A stretch of 32,000 nucleotides of DNA from Propionibacterium ruminifibrarum (lineage in GTDB: Bacteria; Actinomycetota; Actinomycetes; Propionibacteriales; Propionibacteriaceae): positions 1 to 32,000 of the forward strand of contig NZ_OMOH01000010.1 in the NCBI RefSeq assembly GCF_900289195.1. The letters are read 5' to 3'. Below are positions 11,844 to 20,554 of this stretch, in pieces (the first letter of the stretch is position 1; the number at the start of each line of letters is the position of its first letter). The position numbers were made by a program, and so were the translations under genes. The notes under the pieces are model-generated. The model saw only the letters and a list, made by a program, of their open reading frames with translations. It was not told where the DNA came from and did not search any database.

Positions 11844-12674
11844 TCACAGCGAAGGCATGCTGGCCAGCAGCGATGCCGTGTACTCGTGGGTCGGGTGGTC
11901 GATGATCTGGTCGGTGGGGCCGAGTTCGAGGACGTGTCCTGCGCGCATGACCATGATCGTGTCGGCCATGTGGGCCGCCACACCGAGGTTGTGGGTGACG
12001 ATCATGATCGCCGTGCCCTCCTGGCGGCGCAGCGCGAGCATCTGGCGAACGATCTGGGCCTGCATGGTCACGTCCAGGGCGCTGGTCGGCTCATCGGCGA
12101 GCAGCAGGGCCGGTTGGAAGGTCATCGCCATGGCGATGCCGACTCTCTGACGCATGCCGCCCGACAGTTCGAAGGCGTAGGAGTCCATGACGCGGCGCGG
12201 ATCCGGCAGCGCCATGCGTTCGAGCATGGCCTCGGCTCGTTCGCGGGCCTGTGCCCTGGTGACGTCCGGTTCGGCGGTGCGGATGTATTCGACGAACTGG
12301 GCGCCGATGCGCCGCACGGGGTTGAGCATGGCGCCGGTGTCCTGGAAGACCATCGACATGCGGTGGCGGCGCAGGTCGAGCCATTGCGCCTGGTCCAGGT
12401 CGAGCAGCGAACGCCCCTCGTAGCGGATGTCGCCGCTGCTGACCTGCCCGCTCGACGGCAGCAGACCGAGGACGGCGCGGATCACCGTGGTCTTACCCGA
12501 ACCGGACTCCCCCACGATCGCCACGATCTCGCCCGGGGTCACGTCCAGGCTGACGTCGCTGACGGCGGGGGTGCCGTCGTAGCTGACGGTCATCCGCTGG
12601 ACGCTGAGCAGGGGCGTGCCGTCCACCTGGTTCTTCTCAGGGGGGTCCTCCCGCCCCGGTCTGCTGCCCGTCAT
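11844..12674 (-). CDS. ABC transporter ATP-binding protein (OppD/DppD/NikD type)
   Basis: I trimmed the ORF to the ATG at 12674, preceded by GAGGACGAGG. Walker A is GESGSGKTT, the signature is LSGGMRQRVGIAMA, and Walker B is LLLADEPTSALD. Confidence 0.9.
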   Translation of the reverse strand: MTGSRPGREDPPEKNQVDGTPLLSVQRMTVSYDGTPAVSDVSLDVTPGEIVAIVGESGSGKTTVIRAVLGLLPSSGQVSSGDIRYEGRSLLDLDQAQWLDLRRHRMSMVFQDTGAMLNPVRRIGAQFVEYIRTAEPDVTRAQARERAEAMLERMALPDPRRVMDSYAFELSGGMRQRVGIAMAMTFQPALLLADEPTSALDVTMQAQIVRQMLALRRQEGTAIMIVTHNLGVAAHMADTIMVMRAGHVLELGPTDQIIDHPTHEYTASLLASMPSL

Positions 12675-12687
12675 CCTCGTCCTCAGT

Positions 12688-14292
12688 TCACTGCACCGGC
12701 TTGAAGGCGTTCGTGATCCAGTAGTAGTCCGCGGTGGCAACGGTTGCGCCGCTCACGGTCTTCGCATTGGAGCACATGTTGCTGTTGTAGTAACCATGGA
12801 CGAGGACCGCCGCGTCGTCGATGAGGATCTGCTGCAGGCGGACGAAGATCTTCTTGCGCTCCTCGGTGTCCAGTTCCGTCTCCAACTGCTCGTAGAGGGA
12901 GTCGTACTCGTCATTCCTGTAACCGCAGTAGTTGGCGTCGCTCTTGGAGTACCAGTTGGCGAGGTAGCTGTAGGGGTCGCCCTCCTGGGCGGTCATCCAG
13001 TTGCTGGAGTTCATGTCGTACTCGCCGGCCACGAGCCGGTCCCACTCGGTGTCGGCGTCGAGCTTGGTGACCGTCGCCTGGATGCCGATCTCGGCGAGCT
13101 GGGTGGACACGGCCTCGGCCATGACCGACAGGTTCCGCGAGTCGTAGGTGACGTAGTCCAGGTCGATCTTCGTGCCGTCCAGCTCACGGAAGCCGTCGCC
13201 GTCGGAATCGACGATGCCGGCGTCGTCGAGGATCTTCTTGGCCCTCTCCACGTCGTGGGGGGTGGCGTCGGTCAGCTGGTCGTAGCCGAAGTCGAGCGAG
13301 GAGGGCACGACCGAGCAGCCCTCGCTGTAGAGGCCGCCGGTCGTGGTCCCGGTGATCGTGGCGTCGTCGACCGCCATGCAGATGGCGGTGCGCAGGTCCT
13401 TGTTCGCCAGCGGGCGGCCCTCGGCGGCATTGAGGTAGGAGAAGCCCGTGCGCATGCTGATGGTCTGCGAGACCGAGTAGTCCGGATCGTCCTTGAGCTT
13501 CTCGAGGTCGGACATGGCCGTGATGTTCTCGGTGACGTCGACGTCGCCGGACTGCAGGGCCATGGACTTGGTCAGGCTCGAGGCGTCGTCGATGAAGATG
13601 ACGTCCACACTCTCGTAGGGCACCTCGCCGTTCCAGTAGTGCTCGTTGCGGGTGAGTTTGACGTCCTGGCCGCTGTTGAACTCGCTCACCGCGTAGGGGC
13701 CGGTGCCGATCGGCTTCTCGGCGAGGTTCTCGCTGCCGGCGATGTCGAGGATCTCGAACAGCGGGTTGGCCAGGACGGCCGGCAGGTCGGCGTAAGGGGT
13801 CTGGGTCACGATCGTGACGGTGCGGGCCTCATCGTCGGGCGTGATCGAGGCCGGTTTCATGAAGTTCGACGGTGAGGACGACCCCTCGACGCCCTCCTTG
13901 TCGTACATGTGCTGGAGGGACTCGGCGACCTTGGTGGCGGTGACCTCGGTGCCGGTGGAGAACATCAGGCCCTCCCTGATGTGGAACTGCCAGTTCGTGT
14001 GCTCGTCGTCGACCGTGTAGGTGTCGGACAGTTGGGGCTGAGCGACCATGTGTTCGTCGAACTTGAACAACGACTCGCCCACCCCGTAACGCATGCAGGC
14101 CCAGGCCGCGTTCGGCTGGTTCGACGGGTCGAGGGACTCCTTGGAGAAGTTCGTGCAACCGAACTTCAGCTCCGTGCTGGAACCGCCCGAGCCCGAGCCC
14201 GAGGAACAGCCGGCCAGGCCGAGGCCGGCGACAGCGGCACCGGCGGCGGAGGCGGTCAGCAGACCGCGGCGGGTGACGATGATTCCCTGCAT
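12688..14292 (-). CDS. ABC substrate-binding lipoprotein, family 5 (peptide/nickel type), Tat-exported
   Basis: 534 aa. The N-terminus MQGIIVTRRGLLTASAAGAAVAGLGLAGCSSGSG combines a twin-arginine motif with an LAGC lipobox. The overall composition fits an Opp/Dpp/Nik-type binding protein. Confidence 0.88.
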   Translation of the reverse strand: MQGIIVTRRGLLTASAAGAAVAGLGLAGCSSGSGSGGSSTELKFGCTNFSKESLDPSNQPNAAWACMRYGVGESLFKFDEHMVAQPQLSDTYTVDDEHTNWQFHIREGLMFSTGTEVTATKVAESLQHMYDKEGVEGSSSPSNFMKPASITPDDEARTVTIVTQTPYADLPAVLANPLFEILDIAGSENLAEKPIGTGPYAVSEFNSGQDVKLTRNEHYWNGEVPYESVDVIFIDDASSLTKSMALQSGDVDVTENITAMSDLEKLKDDPDYSVSQTISMRTGFSYLNAAEGRPLANKDLRTAICMAVDDATITGTTTGGLYSEGCSVVPSSLDFGYDQLTDATPHDVERAKKILDDAGIVDSDGDGFRELDGTKIDLDYVTYDSRNLSVMAEAVSTQLAEIGIQATVTKLDADTEWDRLVAGEYDMNSSNWMTAQEGDPYSYLANWYSKSDANYCGYRNDEYDSLYEQLETELDTEERKKIFVRLQQILIDDAAVLVHGYYNSNMCSNAKTVSGATVATADYYWITNAFKPVQ

Positions 14293-14341
14293 TGTTGTTA
14301 CTCGCTTTCCTCGTGGTTGGAGTGCGTGGGATGGGAGGGGT

Positions 14342-15235
14342 TCAGGACAGCGGGGCCGGGACGAGCTCGACGACGTCCTCGTCCTGGCCGGCGTGGCGGG
14401 GGTCGAGGATGTCGCGCAGGGCGTCGCCCAGCAGATTGAAGACGATGACGGTGACGCTGATCGCCGCGCCGGGGAAGATCATGAGCCACGGCGAGTCGAG
14501 CAGGTAGGCGCGGCCCTCGTTGAGCATGAGGCCCCACTCGGCCTGCGGCGGCTGGGCGCCGAAGCCGAGGAAGGACAGGCCGGCAAGTTCGAGCATCATC
14601 GTGCCGATGTCGGTGGCTGCCGTGATGACCAGTGTCGGAAGGGCGCTCGGCAGCAGGTAGCGGCGCATGAGACGGCCGGGCCGGGTGCCGCTGAGTTCGG
14701 CGGCCGTCACGAAGTCCGAGTGCCGGATCTTGAGCACCAGGCTGCGCGCCAGGCGGGCGTACTTCGTCCAGCTGACGACGGCCAGGGCGATGATCGCGTT
14801 GCGAATGCTCGCCCCGAGCAGACCGGCCACGGCGATGGCCAGGACGATGCCGGGAAAGGAGATCATCATGTCACTGATGCGCATGATGACCGCGTCGACG
14901 AGCCCGCCGAAGTGTCCGGCGATGACACCCAGGAACGAGCCGACGACGGAGATCGTGAGGACGAGGATGATCGCCGAGGTGAGCGAGATGCGGGTGCCGT
15001 AGACGATCCGCGAGGCGATGTCGCGGCCGAGCTTGTCGGTACCGAACCAGTGCTCGGCGCTCGGCGGCTGGAAGGCGTCCGAAAGGTTCGCCGCATAGGG
15101 GTCCATCGGCGCGATCTGCTTGGCGAAGACCGCGACGAGGATGATCACGACGACCAGCGCCACGTAGACGCCGAAGATCCTGCGCCCGCCGATGGCGCGG
15201 CGGGTGTTCCTCCAGATGCTGCGCAGTGCGCTCAT
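14342..15235 (-). CDS. ABC transporter permease (DppC/OppC/NikC type)
   Basis: I trimmed the 675-aa track ORF to the ATG at 15235 (MSALRSIWRNTRR...), which forms an ATGA overlap with the upstream permease stop. It contains FGTDKLGRDIASR and the permease loop region AAELSGTRPGRLMRRYLLPSALP. Confidence 0.9.
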   Translation of the reverse strand: MSALRSIWRNTRRAIGGRRIFGVYVALVVVIILVAVFAKQIAPMDPYAANLSDAFQPPSAEHWFGTDKLGRDIASRIVYGTRISLTSAIILVLTISVVGSFLGVIAGHFGGLVDAVIMRISDMMISFPGIVLAIAVAGLLGASIRNAIIALAVVSWTKYARLARSLVLKIRHSDFVTAAELSGTRPGRLMRRYLLPSALPTLVITAATDIGTMMLELAGLSFLGFGAQPPQAEWGLMLNEGRAYLLDSPWLMIFPGAAISVTVIVFNLLGDALRDILDPRHAGQDEDVVELVPAPLS

Positions 15236-16200
15236 GAGCGGGCTCCTCGTCGTACGCGCGGGTCGAGCCGGGCGTAGGAGATGTCGACCAGCAGGTTGAT
15301 GACCATGTAGATGAGTGCGATCCACAGCACGTAGGTCTGCACCAGCGGGTAGTCGTACGAGGTGACCGCCGAGACAGCCATGTTGCCCAGACCCGGGTAG
15401 GAGAAGACGACCTCGACGACGGCCGTGCCGCCCAGCAGCGAGCCGAGGGACAGGCCGAGCAGGGTGAGCAGGGGGAGCTGCGCGTTCGGCAGGACGTGCC
15501 GCCACAAGATGGTGCGCTCCGACATGCCGCGGGCCCGGGCACCGATGACGTAGTCCTGGTTGAGTTCCTCGAGGACGGCGGTGCGGACCTGGCGGGTGTA
15601 CCTGCCGATCATGGCGAAGGCCAGCGTGACGGCCGGCATGATGAGCTGGTCGAGGCCCTTCCCCGTCGAGACCACCGGCAGCAGCCCGAGCTTGAGGGCG
15701 ACGGCCCAGATGAGCAGCAGACCGAACCAGAAGTTCGGCATTGAGACGCCGAGGAAGCTGAAGCCGCGTGCGAGGTGGTCGATGACGCTGCCCTGGCGCA
15801 CCGCGGCCGCCATGCCCAGGGGGACGGCGACGAGGAGCATGAGGACCAGGGACGCCAGCGCGAGCTTGATGGTCGGCCACAGGCGGGCCAGCATCAGGTC
15901 TGTGACGGGCTTGTTCAGGGAATAGGACGTGCCGAAGTTCCCGTGCAGGCAGTTGCCGAGCCAGGTGACGTACTGGGTGAGGAAGGGCTTGTCGAGGCCG
16001 AGCCGGGCGCGCATCTCCTCGACCATCTCGGGTGTCGGCGTGATGCCCTGGCTGGTGTACATGGCCTGCGCCGGGTCGCCCGGGGCGAGCCAGACGAGCA
16101 CGAAGGTGATGAAGCTGATGCCCACCAGCACGACAAGAATCTGACCCAGCCTCCGGGCCAGCCATCGAGCGTCCACGAGCCGCAACCACCTCACGATCAT
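15232..16200 (-). CDS. ABC transporter permease (DppB/OppB/NikB type)
   Basis: 322 aa. The N-terminus ...LARRLGQILVVLVGISFITFVLVWLAPGDP and the loop ARARGMSERTILWRHVLPNA are typical of this type. The start is uncertain: ATG at 16200, or an in-frame GTG at 16176 preceded by GAGGTGG. Confidence 0.88.
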   Translation of the reverse strand: MIVRWLRLVDARWLARRLGQILVVLVGISFITFVLVWLAPGDPAQAMYTSQGITPTPEMVEEMRARLGLDKPFLTQYVTWLGNCLHGNFGTSYSLNKPVTDLMLARLWPTIKLALASLVLMLLVAVPLGMAAAVRQGSVIDHLARGFSFLGVSMPNFWFGLLLIWAVALKLGLLPVVSTGKGLDQLIMPAVTLAFAMIGRYTRQVRTAVLEELNQDYVIGARARGMSERTILWRHVLPNAQLPLLTLLGLSLGSLLGGTAVVEVVFSYPGLGNMAVSAVTSYDYPLVQTYVLWIALIYMVINLLVDISYARLDPRVRRGARS

Positions 16201-16279
16201 GACGGATGTCGTTCGTCACAACCGGATTCTTGCGACTCTCCGCTCGGGCCCCGTGATCACCAAGTACCGCAGTGACGAG

Positions 16280-16455
16280 GAGGTTCCCAGGCAGGTCTTC
16301 TGACTCGCGTCCCGGGGCGGTTGCCCCGACGGACCCTCTGCCTTCCCGGTTGCCCAGTGGCCGGCTCACGCCGATGAGGGTCCGGGACGCTCACAGCGGC
16401 GGTCCCGTCCGCGATTCGCACGCGGTTCCCTGTTGCTCCGACCAGCCCGACGGGG
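16280..16455 (-). promoter_or_regulatory. Cobalamin (AdoCbl/B12) riboswitch
   Basis: The minus strand contains, in the canonical order, AACAGGGAACCGCGTGCGAATCGCGGACGGGACCGCCGCTGTGAGC, then GAGCCGGCCACTGGGCAACCGGGAAGGC, then the B12 box AGTCAGAAGACCTGCC (16305..16290). It ends about 90 nt upstream of the first permease gene. Confidence 0.85.
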
Positions 16456-16672
16456 TTGATCGGACACCTGGGGATGCTGCGCGCTCAGCACGCGCAGCGC
16501 CCTTGCTTCGCTGGGAGCATAGCAGTACCTAACTGATGCGACGCAATCTCATCTGGCAACTTACGCAGCAAAGGCTCGCCTTCTTGCGTTTCCGTCGGCC
16601 GGTGGGCCGGCACGGCAGCGCCGCGGCCCCGAGAGACCGCGGCGCAGACCGGTCGCGTCGGATGCTGGTTGT

Positions 16673-19201
16673 TCAGGCCTCGCGCCAGACTGCGTCGAAC
16701 CGCTCAACGACGAGGCCAATTGCGTTGTCACGGGCGACCGCGACATCGGAGTGGGTGAGTGTGCGACCATCGCCGCGGAACCTCAGGTTGTAGGCGAGCG
16801 ACTTGCGGCCCTCGCCGATCTGCGGACCGCGGAAGACGTCGAACAACGCGATCGACTCGAGCAGCTCGCCGGCCCCCTCGACCAGGGCGGCCTCGACATC
16901 GGATGCCGCGACCTTCTCACTGACGATGAGGGCGACGTCCTCCTTGGCGAGGGGGAAGCCGCTCAACGCCGCGATCTGCCCGCCGTCGGGGGCGCAGGAC
17001 ACGAGCCGGTCGAGGTTGATCTCGACGGCGCAAGTGCGGGCCGGCAGACCATAGGTCCTGATGACGTCCGGGTGCAGCTCGCCGGCGGCACCGATGACGA
17101 CCGGCTCGCCGGCGGCGTCGCGTACCGCCAGCTCGGCGCAGCGGCCGGGATGCCATGGCGCGATCGCCGCGGCGCGACGCTCCAGGCGAAGACCGAGCGC
17201 GTGCGCCGCGGTCTGGGCGAAGTGCACGGCATGGGTCCAGTCGGCCTGGACGGCGGCCCGGTTCCAGGTGGCGGGCAGCCACTGGCCGGTGAGGACGGCG
17301 GCGATCATACGGGGCTGTGCGGGCAGGGACTCCTCGATCGCGGCGATCTCGGCGTCGCTGGGACGATGGGTGACCTCGGGCATCGGGGCGGTGGCGTCCG
17401 AGCCGGCCCAGAAGACCGAGCCGGCCTCGAAGAGGGCCAGGTCGTCGTGTCCGCGCGACGTGTTGCGCACGACGGCCGAGAACAGGCCGGGCAGCAGCCC
17501 GGTGCGCAGATTCGGGGCGGTGTCGGCCAGTGGGTTGGCGAGCCGCACCAGACGGCGCTGGTCGCTGTCGGCGGGCAGTCCGAGCCGGTCGGGCTCGTCG
17601 TCGGCGACGAACGGCAGCGTGATGACCTCGACGAAACCGGCCTGGGCCACCGCGGCGTTGACCGCACGGCGGGCGCGCTGGGCCGGGCTGAGGCCGCGGC
17701 CGGCGGCGGCGCGCGGCACCCTGGGTTCGATGATGTCCAGACCGAGCTTGCGGCCGATCTCCTCGACGTAGTCGTAGGGGTCGCGCAGATCCGTGCGCCA
17801 CGTGGGCGGGGTCAGTTCCAGCATCTCGTTCTTCTTGCGCCTGACCGTGATGCCGGCCTTCTCGAAGACCTCGACGACGCGGTCCGGGTCGATGCGGGCG
17901 CCCAGGATGCGGGCGGGCAGGTTGACGTCGATCGTCTGGGTCGGCGTGGCCGGCACCTGCCCGGCCACGGTGGTGCCCTCGGCGATCGTGCCGCCGGCGA
18001 GTTCGGCGAACAGACGGGCCGCCATGCGGGCCGCGGCGCAGGCCACACCGGGGTCCACTGTGCGCTCGAAGCGCCTGGAGGCCTCCGAGGGCAGCTTGTG
18101 GAGGCGGTAGGTGCGTCCGATCGTGCCCGGCGAGAAGTGAGCCGCCTCGATGACCACATTCGTCGTCGTGTCGCTCAGCTCGGTGGTCTGTCCTCCCATG
18201 ACGCCGGCCAGGCCGATGGGGCCCGAGTCGTCGGTGATGAGCAGGTCGTCGGTGGACAGGGCGCGCTCGACGTCGTCGAGGGTCGTGAGCCTCTCACCGT
18301 CATGGGCCTTGCGCACGACGATCGGGCCGAGCAGGGCGTCGGCGTCGTATCCGTGCAGCGGCTGACCGGACTCGAGCATCACGTAGTTGGTGATGTCGAC
18401 CGGCAGGCTGATCGACCGCATGCCGCTGGCCTCCAGCCGGTGCCGCATCCACATCGGGGTGGGGGCGTGGGAGTCGATGCCGTTGACGCACAGGGTGACG
18501 AACAGCTGGCAGTCCTGCGAGTCGATGCGCACCGGGTAGGCGCCCTGGGCCTGCTCCGGAACACGGCGCGAGTACAGGTCGTTGTAGGGCACGTCGAAGG
18601 CCTGCGCGGCCTCACGGGCCAGGCCGCGCATCGACAGGGCGTAACCGAGGTCGGGGGTCACGTCGATGTCGAGGACGTCGTCGGGCAGCCCGAGCAGCGG
18701 CAGCGCATCCGAGCCGAGACCGGCCCTGGCGGCCTCGGCGGGCGGCAGCACGATGATGCCGGCGTGGTCCTCCCCCGTGCCGAGTTCATCGGCGGCGCAG
18801 ATCATGCCGTCACTCATGTGACCGTAGGTCTTTCGGGCGCTGATCGTGAAGCCGCCCGCCAGCACGGCGCCGGGCAGGGAGACCACCACGTAGTCGCCCT
18901 TGGCGAAGTTCAGGGCGCCGCAGACGATGCCGCGCGCGCCGGTGATCTCGGGATTGGCGTCGGACTCGTTCAGCGGGCCCACGTCGACGCGGCACCAGCG
19001 GATGGTCTTGCCGTTCTTCTGGGGCTCCTCGACGAAGTCCAGGACCCGGCCGATGACGATCGGGCCGGCGAGGTCGACGCCGACGGTCTCGACGTGCTCG
19101 ACCTGCAGGCCCAGGCGCGTGAAGACATCCGCCACCTGGGACGTGGTCACGCCGTGCGGGAACTCCACGAGGTCGCGGAGCCAGCTCATCGGCACCCTCA
19201 T
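16673..19201 (-). CDS. pheT: Phenylalanyl-tRNA synthetase beta subunit
   Basis: I trimmed the 1078-aa track ORF to the ATG at 19201 (MRVPMSWLRDLVEF...), which forms an ATGA overlap with the pheS stop. The result is 842 aa with a PheT-type domain order throughout. Confidence 0.94.
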   Translation of the reverse strand: MRVPMSWLRDLVEFPHGVTTSQVADVFTRLGLQVEHVETVGVDLAGPIVIGRVLDFVEEPQKNGKTIRWCRVDVGPLNESDANPEITGARGIVCGALNFAKGDYVVVSLPGAVLAGGFTISARKTYGHMSDGMICAADELGTGEDHAGIIVLPPAEAARAGLGSDALPLLGLPDDVLDIDVTPDLGYALSMRGLAREAAQAFDVPYNDLYSRRVPEQAQGAYPVRIDSQDCQLFVTLCVNGIDSHAPTPMWMRHRLEASGMRSISLPVDITNYVMLESGQPLHGYDADALLGPIVVRKAHDGERLTTLDDVERALSTDDLLITDDSGPIGLAGVMGGQTTELSDTTTNVVIEAAHFSPGTIGRTYRLHKLPSEASRRFERTVDPGVACAAARMAARLFAELAGGTIAEGTTVAGQVPATPTQTIDVNLPARILGARIDPDRVVEVFEKAGITVRRKKNEMLELTPPTWRTDLRDPYDYVEEIGRKLGLDIIEPRVPRAAAGRGLSPAQRARRAVNAAVAQAGFVEVITLPFVADDEPDRLGLPADSDQRRLVRLANPLADTAPNLRTGLLPGLFSAVVRNTSRGHDDLALFEAGSVFWAGSDATAPMPEVTHRPSDAEIAAIEESLPAQPRMIAAVLTGQWLPATWNRAAVQADWTHAVHFAQTAAHALGLRLERRAAAIAPWHPGRCAELAVRDAAGEPVVIGAAGELHPDVIRTYGLPARTCAVEINLDRLVSCAPDGGQIAALSGFPLAKEDVALIVSEKVAASDVEAALVEGAGELLESIALFDVFRGPQIGEGRKSLAYNLRFRGDGRTLTHSDVAVARDNAIGLVVERFDAVWREA

Positions 19202-20292
19202 CGTGCACCTCCCAGCAGCGAACGGCTGAATCTGACGTCGCCCTCGACGAAGTCGCGAAGATCGGGGGCGTTGTTGCGGAACATGACGGTACGGTCGACG
19301 CCTATCCCGAAGGCGAAGCCGGAGTAGACGTTCGTATTGATGCCGGCGGCCGCCAGCACGCGCGGGTTGACGACGCCGCAGCCGACCCATTCGATCCAGC
19401 CCTCGCTGCGGCAGGTCCGGCAGGGGCGGTCGGGGTTGCCGACCGAGTCGCCGTGGCAGACGTAGCACTCCAGGTCGACCTCGGCGCTGGGTTCGGTGAA
19501 TGGGAAGTAGTGGGGGCGCAGCCGAGTCCGGGTGTCGCCGAACATGGCCTTGGCGAGGTGGTCGAGGGTGCCCTTGAGATCGCCCATCGTGAGGCCCTTG
19601 TCGACGGCCAGGCCCTCCAACTGGTGGAAGACCGGCAGGTGGGTCGCGTCGTACTCGTCGGCGCGGAAGACCTTGCCCGGGCTGACGACGTAGACCGGCA
19701 ACTCGCGTTCGAGCAGGGCCCGTACCTGGACCGGCGAGGTCTGGGTGCGCAGGATCTTGTGGGCGGACGGCGGGTCGACGAAGAGGGTGTCGCTCTGGAA
19801 CCGTGCCGGGTGGTCGGGGGTGAAGTTCAGCGCGTCGAAGTTGAGCCACTCGGCCTCGAGCTCGGGTCCTTCGGCCACCTCCCAGCCCATGGCGACGAAG
19901 ACATCGCACATGCGGTTGATGAGGGCGGTCAGCGGGTGCTCGGCACCCACCGGGTGCTCCGCCACCGGGAGGGTCACGTCGACGCGCTCGGCCTCGAGAC
20001 GCGCGGCGAGTTCGGCGGCCTCGAGTTCGGCCGCGCGGGCGGCGAGGGCCTGGTTGACACGGCCTCGGGCCTGGCCGATGAGTTTCCCGGCGTCCCTGCG
20101 CTGGTCCTTCGGCATGGTGCCGATGCGGCGGTTGGCGAGCGCCAGCGGCGACTTGTCCGCGGCGTGCGCCAGGCGCACCGTTTTGAGTTCGGCCGAATCG
20201 GCTGCGGCGGCGATGGCCTCGAGGGCATCGCTCACCATCTGCTCGACCTGGCTCTGGTCCAGCGGCTCACTGGCGCTGTCTGGCCCTGACAT
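19198..20292 (-). CDS. pheS: Phenylalanyl-tRNA synthetase alpha subunit
   Basis: The ATG at 20292 is preceded by AAAGAGGGGAAG. The class-II core includes FRADEYDATHLPVFHQLEGL and GFAFGIGVDR. A candidate -10 TAGACT lies at 20352..20347. Confidence 0.93.
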   Translation of the reverse strand: MSGPDSASEPLDQSQVEQMVSDALEAIAAAADSAELKTVRLAHAADKSPLALANRRIGTMPKDQRRDAGKLIGQARGRVNQALAARAAELEAAELAARLEAERVDVTLPVAEHPVGAEHPLTALINRMCDVFVAMGWEVAEGPELEAEWLNFDALNFTPDHPARFQSDTLFVDPPSAHKILRTQTSPVQVRALLERELPVYVVSPGKVFRADEYDATHLPVFHQLEGLAVDKGLTMGDLKGTLDHLAKAMFGDTRTRLRPHYFPFTEPSAEVDLECYVCHGDSVGNPDRPCRTCRSEGWIEWVGCGVVNPRVLAAAGINTNVYSGFAFGIGVDRTVMFRNNAPDLRDFVEGDVRFSRSLLGGAR

Positions 20293-20370
20293 GGACTTCC
20301 CCTCTTTCACTCTGCGGGGTCGGCCCGCGGCCGGCCTCACCCGACAAGTCTAGGGGCCGGTCGGCCCGTC

Positions 20371-20394
20371 CCCGCCCTCACGTCAGAGGGCGGG
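20371..20394 (-). terminator. GC-rich hairpin (9-bp perfect stem, 6-nt loop) downstream of trmH and the small ORF, upstream of the pheS promoter
   Basis: The sequence is CCCGCCCTC-acgtca-GAGGGCGGG. There is no U-tract, which is common in actinobacteria. It sits immediately upstream of the TAGACT -10 candidate for pheS. Confidence 0.4.
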
Positions 20395-20431
20395 ACTCGG
20401 CCGACGGGCCTGGCCCGGCCCTTCGCGGACG

Positions 20432-20554
20432 TCACGTCCCGTCGCCGCCCCGGCCTCGATGCGACTGCCGGCGCCCGAGCCAGAACAGTCCTCCCGCTGC
20501 GACGGCAGCGGCACTCATGAGAACGATCATGAGCACGTCGACGAGGGTGGTCAC
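20432..20554 (-). CDS. Possible 40-aa single-pass membrane peptide translationally coupled to trmH
   Basis: The peptide is VTTLVDVLMIVLMSAAAVAAGGLFWLGRRQSHRGRGGDGT. Its GTG at 20554 forms a GTGA overlap with the trmH stop, and GGAGGGAG lies 7-8 nt upstream. Most third codon positions are G or C. The pattern is one hydrophobic helix followed by a basic tail. Confidence 0.35.
   Translation of the reverse strand: MTTLVDVLMIVLMSAAAVAAGGLFWLGRRQSHRGRGGDGT

Noticed and set aside
16751-19327. 858-aa plus-strand ORF, the longest 'novel' ORF in the track.
   Set aside because: It lies entirely antisense to pheT, whose identity is unambiguous. The translation is Gly/Arg/Asp/Ala/Val-rich low-complexity sequence with no recognisable motif. 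This is a typical shadow ORF of high-GC DNA.
19202-19909. N-terminal extensions of track ORFs: pheT 1078 aa, argH 613 aa, argJ 581 aa, argB 392 aa, permease 675 aa, infC 322 aa and argR 353 aa.
   Set aside because: The extensions overlap the upstream gene in another frame or cover leader DNA. They are Arg/Pro-rich. Internal starts with SD sequences or 4-nt stop/start overlaps give proteins of canonical length and canonical N-termini.
20293-20550. T-box or leader-peptide attenuators upstream of pheS, and likewise upstream of tyrS at 1678-1869.
   Set aside because: There is no T-box consensus (AGAGA...GGTGNRA type) and no Phe- or Tyr-rich mini-ORF. The tyrS upstream region fits a leaderless promoter, and the pheS upstream region fits a simple promoter plus SD.
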